DNA of 64,000 bases. It comes from Bacillota bacterium (lineage in GTDB: Bacteria > Bacillota > Clostridia > Acetivibrionales > DTU013). The notes beneath the pieces are model-generated. The model was not told the origin of the DNA. It searched no databases and saw only the letters and a program-made list of their open reading frames with translations. Positions 54,651 to 62,585 of this stretch are shown here, one piece after another (position 1 is the stretch's first letter; each line of letters starts with the position of its first letter). The position numbers and the translations under genes are program-made. The stretch lies in assembly GCA_023435925.1 (NCBI GenBank), contig JAEZLF010000288.1, forward strand, positions 13 through 64,012. The letters are read 5' to 3'.

Positions 54651-56936
54651 ATGACGAGCATGAAAAAAATTCTTTCCGTATTGGTGGCAGCGGCTATTTG
54701 CATGTCGCTTTTTGCAGGAACCGTATCAGCACAGACTGCTGCAACGGATATCTACACTATGGCAACAGCCTTGAATAAGCTGAATATTCTTCAGGGCAGC
54801 GGCGGAGATTATCTACTGAATAATAAAATCAACAGAGCGGAAGCAGCAGCCCTGATTATCAGAATGCTGGGCAAGGAAAACTATGTAAAGCAGAATGCCG
54901 AACAGCTGAAGTACACAAAGTATGCCGATGTTCCGGCAACACAATGGTATGCGCCTTATGTAGGATATGGTACCCAGGTTGGTATTATGGTTGGCAATCC
55001 CGATGGGAGCTTTGCGCCGAAGGATGACATCAGTGAAAAAGCGTTCCTGAAAATGGCTATATGCGCATTAGGTTATGAGTATAATGTAGATTTTAGTTGG
55101 TCCAATGTATATCAGAAGGCGTTTGTACTGGGCATTGTTAAGGATGCAGGATATGCTGACAGGACGATGGACAATACCAACTATTTGAGATCAGGTGCTG
55201 CATCAGCGATTTACTATTCATTAAATGCATTCAAAAAAGACACATCGTCAAAAATGGTGTTCACACTGGTGCAGGAGGGTGTGTTTACAAACGAAGCCAT
55301 TTCTGCCAGTGGTATCTTAGGGGTGGATAATAAGGCCACGGTCATAGACGTCATTACAGCTACAGCCTCTAATAGTATTGAAATCAATTTGAATGAGAAT
55401 ATTCAGAATGTAAATGCCTCAGATATACTTATTACGGATTCCGCCACCACTGGTAGCAGCCTTGCTGTGCAGTCCGTTGCGTTCTCCCAGGACAAGATCC
55501 AGGTGATTACGGCGGGGCAGATACCAGGACGCAATTATGTGGTAAGGGTTAATAGTGTCACCGATGCTAACGGATACGTTTCAGGGCAATTGACAGGTAC
55601 CTTCACCGGCTATGCTCAGCAGCAGGTTGCTTCGGATTTCTTTAAGATCAGCAAGGTGGAGCAGGCGTCTGCGAATGTAGTGAATGTTTATTTTACTCAC
55701 CCTGTAAACGAAAACAGTGAGACGCCTGCGTATTATAATTTGACGAAAAACGGCGGAACGTATTTAGCGGGTTCTACTTCTAATTTTGCGGTGAAGAAGC
55801 TACAGTCGGTGAATAATGCGGTTTCAATTTATATAAAGAATGCAACGCTGGAGCCCGGCCAGGTTTATGGCATTACTGCCAGCGGAAAGTTGACCAGCAG
55901 CTACGGAGTCAAGCTGGGTGATGGGTATGGTGAAAGCAGGGACTTTGTAACGACAGCGGTGGATTCTGGTCAATTGACAGTATCGTCAGTACATGCATGG
56001 ACAAGCACATCGGTGCGGGTCATTTTCAGCCGCGATGTTGACCCTGGTTGGGCGGAGAAAAGACTGAACTATACTGTATATGATGCGAACAAAACAGCAA
56101 TTGCAGTGACAAATGCTGTGATTGATGGTACAGGAGACAGCAGCGGAAGAACTGTAATGCTAAGCCTGGCATCACCTTTAGATAAAACAAAGCAGTATGA
56201 GGTAAAGATGGAATATGTACCAGACATATATAAGCAAAGTTCTATAGAGAATAAGAGCTTCTCCTTCGCAGGAGTATATCCCGAAAATAGTGGACTTGCA
56301 CTTGAGAAGGCCGTATCTGATTATAGTAACTGCGCAGTGTTAATTTTTAATAAGGCTCTGGATGCTGCCACTGCAGCAAATACTTCAAATTATATTATTC
56401 GCGGTGTCAGTGACTATTCCTTCAATGTAGTGCCTGAAAAGGCGCTTTATCAGTATCAATACGGTATGTACGTTGTGAAGCTGTTCTTACCTGCAGGAAA
56501 AACCTTCAGCAGCTCACAAAAATATAAGGTCTATGCCTCCGGTCTGAAGGATTCTTTGGGAAGCAGCCAACTAGCGGTATATACTGGCGAGTTCACCGGT
56601 GGCGGCAACAGTGTTGTCAGGCCGCAGATTGTGGATGCGGTAACGGTTTCAAAGGATGCAGTGAAGCTGATGTTTAATATCGAAATCGCGTTTAACTTGA
56701 ACAATATCAGTACAGCCAATTATGCGCTGGAGTATGTGGAAAATGGCGAGACAATGAAGATTGCGCCTATCGGAGTGACCTATGTGGATCCTCTGACGCT
56801 GGTGCTTCGTTTTGATGAACTGGATCCGGCGAAGACCTATTTGCTGCGGTTCAACTCTATTACAGACTACTCTGAGGTCTATTCCCGCACTACTGCCGAG
56901 GGCGGCAATACATGGACAGTGAGACAGGGGAAATAG
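54651..56936 (+). CDS. SLH-domain cell-surface protein with Ig-like modules (second S-layer-type protein)
   Basis: Signal peptide MKKILSVLVAAAICMSLFAGTVSA. SLH segments include YADVPATQWYAPYVGYGTQVGIMVGNPDGSFAPKDDISEKAFLKMAICALGY. Recurring blocks: SIEINLNENI, VVNVYFTHPV, SVRVIFSRDV, AVLIFNKALD, AVKLMFNIEI. Confidence 0.85.
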   Translation: MTSMKKILSVLVAAAICMSLFAGTVSAQTAATDIYTMATALNKLNILQGSGGDYLLNNKINRAEAAALIIRMLGKENYVKQNAEQLKYTKYADVPATQWYAPYVGYGTQVGIMVGNPDGSFAPKDDISEKAFLKMAICALGYEYNVDFSWSNVYQKAFVLGIVKDAGYADRTMDNTNYLRSGAASAIYYSLNAFKKDTSSKMVFTLVQEGVFTNEAISASGILGVDNKATVIDVITATASNSIEINLNENIQNVNASDILITDSATTGSSLAVQSVAFSQDKIQVITAGQIPGRNYVVRVNSVTDANGYVSGQLTGTFTGYAQQQVASDFFKISKVEQASANVVNVYFTHPVNENSETPAYYNLTKNGGTYLAGSTSNFAVKKLQSVNNAVSIYIKNATLEPGQVYGITASGKLTSSYGVKLGDGYGESRDFVTTAVDSGQLTVSSVHAWTSTSVRVIFSRDVDPGWAEKRLNYTVYDANKTAIAVTNAVIDGTGDSSGRTVMLSLASPLDKTKQYEVKMEYVPDIYKQSSIENKSFSFAGVYPENSGLALEKAVSDYSNCAVLIFNKALDAATAANTSNYIIRGVSDYSFNVVPEKALYQYQYGMYVVKLFLPAGKTFSSSQKYKVYASGLKDSLGSSQLAVYTGEFTGGGNSVVRPQIVDAVTVSKDAVKLMFNIEIAFNLNNISTANYALEYVENGETMKIAPIGVTYVDPLTLVLRFDELDPAKTYLLRFNSITDYSEVYSRTTAEGGNTWTVRQGK

Positions 56937-57045
56937 TATAGTGCACTTGTTTCTCCCTACTATAGAAATATTTCACAATGGAAGTTATTAAGCCTTGTAC
57001 AGAGCGCGTTAATATGGTAAAAGTATATGAAGGGGAGAGTGTTCT

Positions 57046-57744
57046 GTGAGTAAAAAAGTATTGATCGTAGATGATGAGAAAAACATTGTTGATATTTTGA
57101 AATTTAATCTGAAAAAAGAGGGCTTTGATACCATTGAGGCCTACGACGGGGAAAAGGCAATGGAGCTGGCATTGAGTGAGAAGCCTGATTTGATTTTGCT
57201 TGATGTCATGCTTCCCAAAACAGATGGCTTTACTGTATGCAGAAAACTGAGACAGTCCATATCAACGCCCATTCTGATGCTCACGGCCAAGGAGGAAGAG
57301 GTTGACAAGGTATTGGGCCTGGAGCTGGGAGCGGATGATTATATTACCAAGCCCTTCAGTCAGCGGGAATTGATGGCCAGAGTAAAGGCAAATATCAGAA
57401 GGACATCCTTTGAGGATAGCGATACAGCTGTCGGCAGCATTATTAAATGCGGAGGCATTGTGATTGATGCGGATCGCTATGAAATCAAGAGAGATGACGA
57501 AACCATTGAGCTGACCCTCAGAGAGTTTGAGCTTGTGAAATTTCTTGCCATACACCATGGTCAGATTTTTTCCAGGGAGAATCTGCTGGAAAAGGTTTGG
57601 GGCTATGAATACTACGGGGATGTCCGCACGGTGGACGTGACGATCAGAAGAGTAAGGGAGAAGCTGGAAAAGGATCCCTCCAATTGCGAATATATTATGA
57701 CCAAGCGTGGTGTCGGCTACTATTTCAACAGGCAGGACAATTAA
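57046..57744 (+). CDS. walR: OmpR-family response regulator, WalR/YycF-like
   Basis: [23 protein letters not shown] (phospho-Asp), [42 protein letters not shown] closely parallels Bacillus WalR. GTG start after GGGGAGAG. Confidence 0.8.
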   Translation: MSKKVLIVDDEKNIVDILKFNLKKEGFDTIEAYDGEKAMELALSEKPDLILLDVMLPKTDGFTVCRKLRQSISTPILMLTAKEEEVDKVLGLELGADDYITKPFSQRELMARVKANIRRTSFEDSDTAVGSIIKCGGIVIDADRYEIKRDDETIELTLREFELVKFLAIHHGQIFSRENLLEKVWGYEYYGDVRTVDVTIRRVREKLEKDPSNCEYIMTKRGVGYYFNRQDN

Positions 57745-57791
57745 ACACTTTTGGCCCTTAAGGGATCCCAAGCATTAGGTGCGAGGTGTGT

Positions 57792-59564
57792 ATGTTCCCG
57801 AAAAATTTACAGTGGCGGCTGGTTAGTTTCTTTTGTCTGGTAACGTTTTGCCTGATCATTCCGATCGGACTTTATTTGAACAGCATTGTAGAGAACCAGT
57901 ACTACGAAAAATTCATTGATAGACTGGATGAAGGCTTTAAAAATTTTCAAAGCAGCGATCATCCTACTGAAGCGGAATTGATGGAGGACCTGGAAGATAT
58001 AGAGAGCGTCTTCCAGGTAAGCCAGCTGGAGTATAGAAGCTATACGGTTACCAATAAAAGCGGTACAGTTCTTAAAACCAATGATAACGACTTCATGAAT
58101 GGTACCGCGTCATCTTTAAACGCACTTCTGGCATCTGATAATTTTGTGCAGGCAATGGCTGGTTCCGCTGATAACAAGCAGATTTTGGAGAGCTTTGGCG
58201 GAAGAAGCTTTTTTGATTATGCCCGGCCCATCGGTGATTATATTCTTTACTTTCGGTATTATAAGGATGATTGGGCAGGCATTATCAGCAGCTTTTACAA
58301 TGCGATTATTACCAGCATTGTCATAGCATTGGCGATAGCCTTTGTCGCAGGCTATCTACTTTCAAAAACCATTACCGGCCCGATTGTTAAGCTGATGAAC
58401 AAGGCGAAGAGTATTGCAAATGGCGATTTTGAGCAGGTGCTTGAGGTTAAGTCCAACGATGAGATCGGTAAGCTGACCGATACCTTCAACTACATGGCCT
58501 ATAGCATGAAAACTACATTGGCCGAGATTTCTAGTGAAAAGAGCAAGATGGAAACCATCCTCAACTATATGACCGATGGTATTATTGCATTTAATCTCAA
58601 GGGTGAGATTATTCATACAAATCCTGCGTCTTCCAGGCTTTTGGGAGTTAGCAGTCATGTAAGCAATTTTCAGGATTATTGTACACTGTATGGCTTTAAG
58701 TACTGCCTGGAGGATGTTTTATATCTTCAGTCCCAGCACACGACGGAAATGAATGTTCAAATCGGTGAAAAGGTCATCAAGGTTTATTTTGCTGTTTTTA
58801 CCGATGAGGCAAAGAAGCCTGAGGGTGTTATTGCTGTGCTGCAGGATATTACGGAGCAGCAGCGCTTGGAGAATATGCGCAAGGAGTTTGTGGCGAATGT
58901 TTCTCACGAACTGCGGACACCTCTGACATCGATCAAAAGCTATTCGGAGACACTGCTGGATGGAGCTCTTGAGGACAGGGAGACGGCAGAAAAATTTCTT
59001 GGTGTAATCGATGCCGAGGCCGATAGAATGACCCGGTTGGTGAAGGATCTGCTGCAGCTTTCCAGGCTGGATAATCAGCAGATGCAATGGAAATTCGAAG
59101 AGATGTCCCTGGTGGATCTTGTAAAAAGTACGGTTGATAGAATGGAGATGGAGGCAAAGACGAGAAGGCAGAAGTTGGAATGCTTTGTTCTTGGCGATAT
59201 TCCGGAAATCGAGGGAGACTGGGGTAGGCTGGAGCAGGTGGTTTTCAACGTATTGGGTAATGCAATCAAGTATACTCCTGAGGATGGTAAAGTGTCGGTT
59301 TATGTCGGAAAGATATACAATGATGCATACTTTAAGGTAGCGGATACAGGGATTGGTATACCGGAAAATGATTTGCCCAGAATTTTTGAAAGATTTTACA
59401 GGGTAGACAAAGCACGATCGAGAGAAATGGGGGGCACAGGTCTGGGTCTTGCAATTGCCAAGGAGATTGTGGAAGCCCATTCGGGTAACATTACAATCAC
59501 AAGCCAGACGGGGAATGGAACAGAGGTAACGGTGCGGCTGCCTATAAAGCAGGCAGACGCATAA
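57792..59564 (+). CDS. walK: Sensor histidine kinase, WalK/VicK-like (2 TM, HAMP, PAS, HisKA, HATPase)
   Basis: TM1, an extracytoplasmic loop of about 150 aa, then TM2. HAMP: GPIVKLMNKAKSIANGDF. PAS: ILNYMTDGIIAFN. H-box SHELRTPLTSI. G2 box GTGLGLAIAKEIV. Confidence 0.75.
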   Translation: MFPKNLQWRLVSFFCLVTFCLIIPIGLYLNSIVENQYYEKFIDRLDEGFKNFQSSDHPTEAELMEDLEDIESVFQVSQLEYRSYTVTNKSGTVLKTNDNDFMNGTASSLNALLASDNFVQAMAGSADNKQILESFGGRSFFDYARPIGDYILYFRYYKDDWAGIISSFYNAIITSIVIALAIAFVAGYLLSKTITGPIVKLMNKAKSIANGDFEQVLEVKSNDEIGKLTDTFNYMAYSMKTTLAEISSEKSKMETILNYMTDGIIAFNLKGEIIHTNPASSRLLGVSSHVSNFQDYCTLYGFKYCLEDVLYLQSQHTTEMNVQIGEKVIKVYFAVFTDEAKKPEGVIAVLQDITEQQRLENMRKEFVANVSHELRTPLTSIKSYSETLLDGALEDRETAEKFLGVIDAEADRMTRLVKDLLQLSRLDNQQMQWKFEEMSLVDLVKSTVDRMEMEAKTRRQKLECFVLGDIPEIEGDWGRLEQVVFNVLGNAIKYTPEDGKVSVYVGKIYNDAYFKVADTGIGIPENDLPRIFERFYRVDKARSREMGGTGLGLAIAKEIVEAHSGNITITSQTGNGTEVTVRLPIKQADA

Positions 59565-59715
59565 AGCACACAGGCGCATATAGCAGACGAGCTTATAAAG
59601 CAGTAAGTGTATAAAGCTGACAAGCTCATGCAACAATCTGACATATGAAACAGACTGGTGTATGAAGCAGGCAGATACATAAAGCAGGCAGATGCATAAA
59701 GAGGACGGCATGAAG
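59544..59715. repeat. Degenerate tandem array of about 10 copies of a 17-nt unit (consensus ATAAAGCAGGCAGAYGC)
   Basis: Units start at 59544, 59561, 59578, 59595, 59611, 59628, 59645, 59662, 59679 and 59696. The first and ninth differ by one base. Unit 1 encodes the last residues (IKQADA) of the kinase. Confidence 0.8.
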
Positions 59716-59741
59716 TCGCCTCTGGAACGGAAACAAAAAGA

Positions 59742-59793
59742 AAAGGGCTTCTCATAACCATCAAATAGTTTTGAGAAAGCCCCTTTGTTTTTG
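59742..59793. terminator. Bidirectional terminator between the convergent kinase and lipoprotein genes
   Basis: aaagggcttctca (59742-59754) pairs imperfectly with tgagaaagccccttt (59772-59786). gtttttgtt follows on the plus strand and ttctttttgtttcc on the minus strand. Confidence 0.55.
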
Positions 59794-59832
59794 TTAGTAC
59801 GAATGTATTTCTGCTAAGAATTCTTTAAACGA

Positions 59833-62565
59833 TCATTCTGCCAGATATGCGGCGGCTCTGCGCTGCAGTGCCTCTGCAGCTTCTCTTGCAGTTTTGCGGC
59901 CATACAGGAATGGATTGATTTCCTCGGTCAAAAATTCAGATAGAGTCTGATCATACTGGACCGGAACGGTACATTCGTCCATACGGTTCACGATGTCACG
60001 CATCTGCTGCTCAGTCAGCCTTATCATATCAATCGATGTTTTATCATCAATATACATTTGATGCGTTCCTCCCATTTCATCCTGTTGCTTGTACTGCTCC
60101 AGCAGGTTCTTAATGGCCTTTTCCTGCTGGTCTTTTACAATAGAAAAGCCCCACATATAGTTTCCCATGTTTTCAATTTCACCGGATAAAATCATTTTTA
60201 CAAACTCTGTCGCCAGCTTTTGGTTTTTGCTTTTTGCGCTGATACCCAGGGTGGTCTGGGGCATAAATATCTCTCCGCCGATATCCTTCATTGTGGGCAT
60301 GAACGTCCAGGAGGCGTCCTTTCCACCGGAGTATGAAAACTCGTAGGACAAGCTGTCCAAATTTCCCAATGTAGTCATGGACAGGGCAGTCTTTCCGGTG
60401 TAACGGTCTTTCTGTACGTTTTGATAAAAATTACCCGTATCCAGTCTTCGATAATCTTCTTCGGTAGGATTTTCCGGCAGTTCAGGTGGCGGTATCTGTG
60501 CTTCGTTATAAATACGGTCAAAAAGTTCAAGGAATCCGATAAACTCCGGTGTATCAAAACGATAATTTCCTGATTGCTTGTCAATAAACACCGGTAGGTT
60601 TGTCATCAGGAGCTGATAGAATAAGGATTGCTTCTGCATAGGCGAAAGCGCTGTCTGTTCGGGCTCCAGTTTCAAGGTCAGAAGTGATTGAAGATCTGTT
60701 ACCTGATCAATAACGTTTTTGCGTCCGATAAGGGCATAAGTGGTAAATGTCAACGGAAGCGCGTACAGTTTCCCATCTTTATTTTTCATTCCGTTAACAA
60801 TACCCATATTGAGGTTTTCAGTACCGCCCAATTCATTGACAAGTGGATTCAAGTCAACCAAAATGCCACGCCTCGTATAACTATCCAACGGAAGATTGTC
60901 CAGAAACATAATGTCTGCAGTTTTTCCGGAGAGAATGTCCGTGTTGACTGTGCGGATGAAATCGCTCCACTTCATTTCGTTTTCCATCTTATCGTAGTAT
61001 TGTGTAATCTTAATCTGTACATCGGGATGATCCTTTTGGAATTTATAAGCGGCAACACGTAAAAGCTGATCGGTAAATAATGAACTAATAGTCAATACCG
61101 TCTTATTGGATAAATCCAGCTCCGGATCCCAGTTATACAAGAAAAGGTGCATCTCAGGTCCGGAATATACTTCCGCTGAGCTCACTGCCATTGTACTGCT
61201 GTACATACGACCGCCCATACGATTTGAATTAGCCATAATGAGGATCTGCTTGTCACTATTTACTGCAAAGCCGTTTGCATAAAGCTCAGGATCCGCCAGG
61301 GAGCACTGAAGAAAGTCAAGAACCATCTCTGTATCTGTTTGAGCCGATTTATTTGTGGTTTCAGTGGCAGCATCAGACGAATCCAATCGGTATATACCAT
61401 TCTGACCGTATAAATAAAAGGAGCCATCATCAAACCCTGCAGCACTGTTTGTATTGTTAATAATCGTTCTTCCTACCTTCATACGTTTTGATTCTGTAAG
61501 TGTTGTAGTGTCATAAAAAACCAGCTCGCTCTTTTCTCCGTCCGCTACAACCAAATTATTACCGACGCGGAACATTTGATTGCTGTAGGTGACTGATATG
61601 TCCTTTACTTTTTTGCCATCTGCACCAAGTATTTTGACGCTATCCCAAGTGGAAGCTGCAAATAAGCCTCCCGGAAGAGCTACAATAGCATTGGGGTAAA
61701 ATTCTCCCAAATCAAGAAGCTGTTCTTTTACAGGTGCTACAGGTGCTGCGTCCTTACCGGCTCCTACCGCTTCGGGCAGCCAATAGAGAAGAAACTTCTG
61801 GGTTCCCTTTTCCTGGTCATAACCGTTTGCCCGTAAAATTGGATTGCCATCAACATCAGCTATTAACGCACCTTGTGAATCAAAATAGGTGTTTACAGGC
61901 AGCTTTAGCGGATCGACCGTTGGTTCCTTTGTCAAATCCTGCCATGTCAGAATATCATACTTCATTTCCGGCGGGGTGTACTCATTCATTGGCATATCAA
62001 CTGCTGCTGCATCAATAACTGCTTCTTTGTCGACCGCGGCGGTAGCGTCGCCATCTGCTGCGGTAGTATCAACCTCAGCGGTAGCGTCGCCATCTGCTGG
62101 TTTAGCATCATCGGTAGCGGTAGCCTCACCATCGACAGCCGTAGTATCATTCGAAGAGGCAGCTTCGCTATCTGTTGCGGTAGCATTCTCCGCAGCGGCT
62201 GTTTCGCTGTCTGCTGCTGCAGTATTTTCCGCAGCGGCTGTTTCGCCATCTGCTTCTGCAGTATTCTCCCCAGCAGCAGCTTCAATTTCCGCTGCTTTTC
62301 TGGGATCAATGACTGGTCCAGCTCCCATTGGCATATCTTCAGGTACACGGGTCGCGAGCATCATAACACGGCCATCCTTCAAAAACAAAGGATTTGTGTT
62401 TTGTTGATAACCGGCAGGCATACTGATCTCTGTCTCCCGATAGCCCCCCTTTGTTACCTTCTTGTCATTCCCATTACCTCCACACCCGCTGAGTAGAATC
62501 AGCGAAGCCAATCCAATACAGAAAACACTTTTCATTTTTCTTTTCAAACGTGTTGCCCCCTTCAT
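59833..62565 (-). CDS. Large lipoprotein: acidic low-complexity linker, beta-rich domain, C-terminal family-1 solute-binding-protein-like domain
   Basis: AGGAGA lies 7 nt upstream of the ATG. Lipobox LILLSGCGG. Residues about 85-190 are Ala/Thr/Asp/Glu repeats. The last 430 aa or so resemble ABC extracellular solute-binding proteins (TVLTISSLFTDQLLRVAAYKFQKDHPDVQIKITQYY...). Confidence 0.7.
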   Translation of the reverse strand: MKGATRLKRKMKSVFCIGLASLILLSGCGGNGNDKKVTKGGYRETEISMPAGYQQNTNPLFLKDGRVMMLATRVPEDMPMGAGPVIDPRKAAEIEAAAGENTAEADGETAAAENTAAADSETAAAENATATDSEAASSNDTTAVDGEATATDDAKPADGDATAEVDTTAADGDATAAVDKEAVIDAAAVDMPMNEYTPPEMKYDILTWQDLTKEPTVDPLKLPVNTYFDSQGALIADVDGNPILRANGYDQEKGTQKFLLYWLPEAVGAGKDAAPVAPVKEQLLDLGEFYPNAIVALPGGLFAASTWDSVKILGADGKKVKDISVTYSNQMFRVGNNLVVADGEKSELVFYDTTTLTESKRMKVGRTIINNTNSAAGFDDGSFYLYGQNGIYRLDSSDAATETTNKSAQTDTEMVLDFLQCSLADPELYANGFAVNSDKQILIMANSNRMGGRMYSSTMAVSSAEVYSGPEMHLFLYNWDPELDLSNKTVLTISSLFTDQLLRVAAYKFQKDHPDVQIKITQYYDKMENEMKWSDFIRTVNTDILSGKTADIMFLDNLPLDSYTRRGILVDLNPLVNELGGTENLNMGIVNGMKNKDGKLYALPLTFTTYALIGRKNVIDQVTDLQSLLTLKLEPEQTALSPMQKQSLFYQLLMTNLPVFIDKQSGNYRFDTPEFIGFLELFDRIYNEAQIPPPELPENPTEEDYRRLDTGNFYQNVQKDRYTGKTALSMTTLGNLDSLSYEFSYSGGKDASWTFMPTMKDIGGEIFMPQTTLGISAKSKNQKLATEFVKMILSGEIENMGNYMWGFSIVKDQQEKAIKNLLEQYKQQDEMGGTHQMYIDDKTSIDMIRLTEQQMRDIVNRMDECTVPVQYDQTLSEFLTEEINPFLYGRKTAREAAEALQRRAAAYLAE
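62000..62315 (-). repeat. In-frame tandem repeats encoding the Ala/Thr/Asp/Glu linker of the lipoprotein
   Basis: A 39-nt unit occurs twice in tandem (ccgcagcggctgtttcgc.gtctgct.ctgcagtatt.tc, about 62190-62270), encoding ENTA(A/E)AD(S/G)ETAAA. The 22-mer gcggtagcgtcgccatctgctg is repeated at 62039 and 62078, encoding ADGDATA. Confidence 0.7.
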
Positions 62566-62585
62566 GTTCTATTCTCCTAAATGTT

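Noticed and set aside
54250-54703. Minus-strand ORFs of 99 and 121 aa between the second TolC-like gene and the SLH gene
   Set aside because: They have no RBS and unremarkable composition. The 315-nt region contains a plausible plus-strand extended -10 promoter and a leader hairpin for the SLH gene instead.
58719-59711. 330-aa minus-strand ORF antisense to the histidine kinase and the repeat array
   Set aside because: It is entirely antisense to a kinase gene with intact H, N and G boxes. Its repetitive Cys/Leu-rich N-terminus is just the translated 17-nt array, and no RBS is present.
59544-59715. CRISPR array
   Set aside because: The units are directly abutting 17-mers with no spacers. They are far shorter than CRISPR repeats, degenerate in the middle, and no cas genes are nearby.
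61734-62407. Plus-strand ORFs (94 and 172 aa) opposite the lipoprotein linker
   Set aside because: They are antisense products of the in-frame Ala/Thr/Asp/Glu repeat region, are low-complexity, and have no start context.
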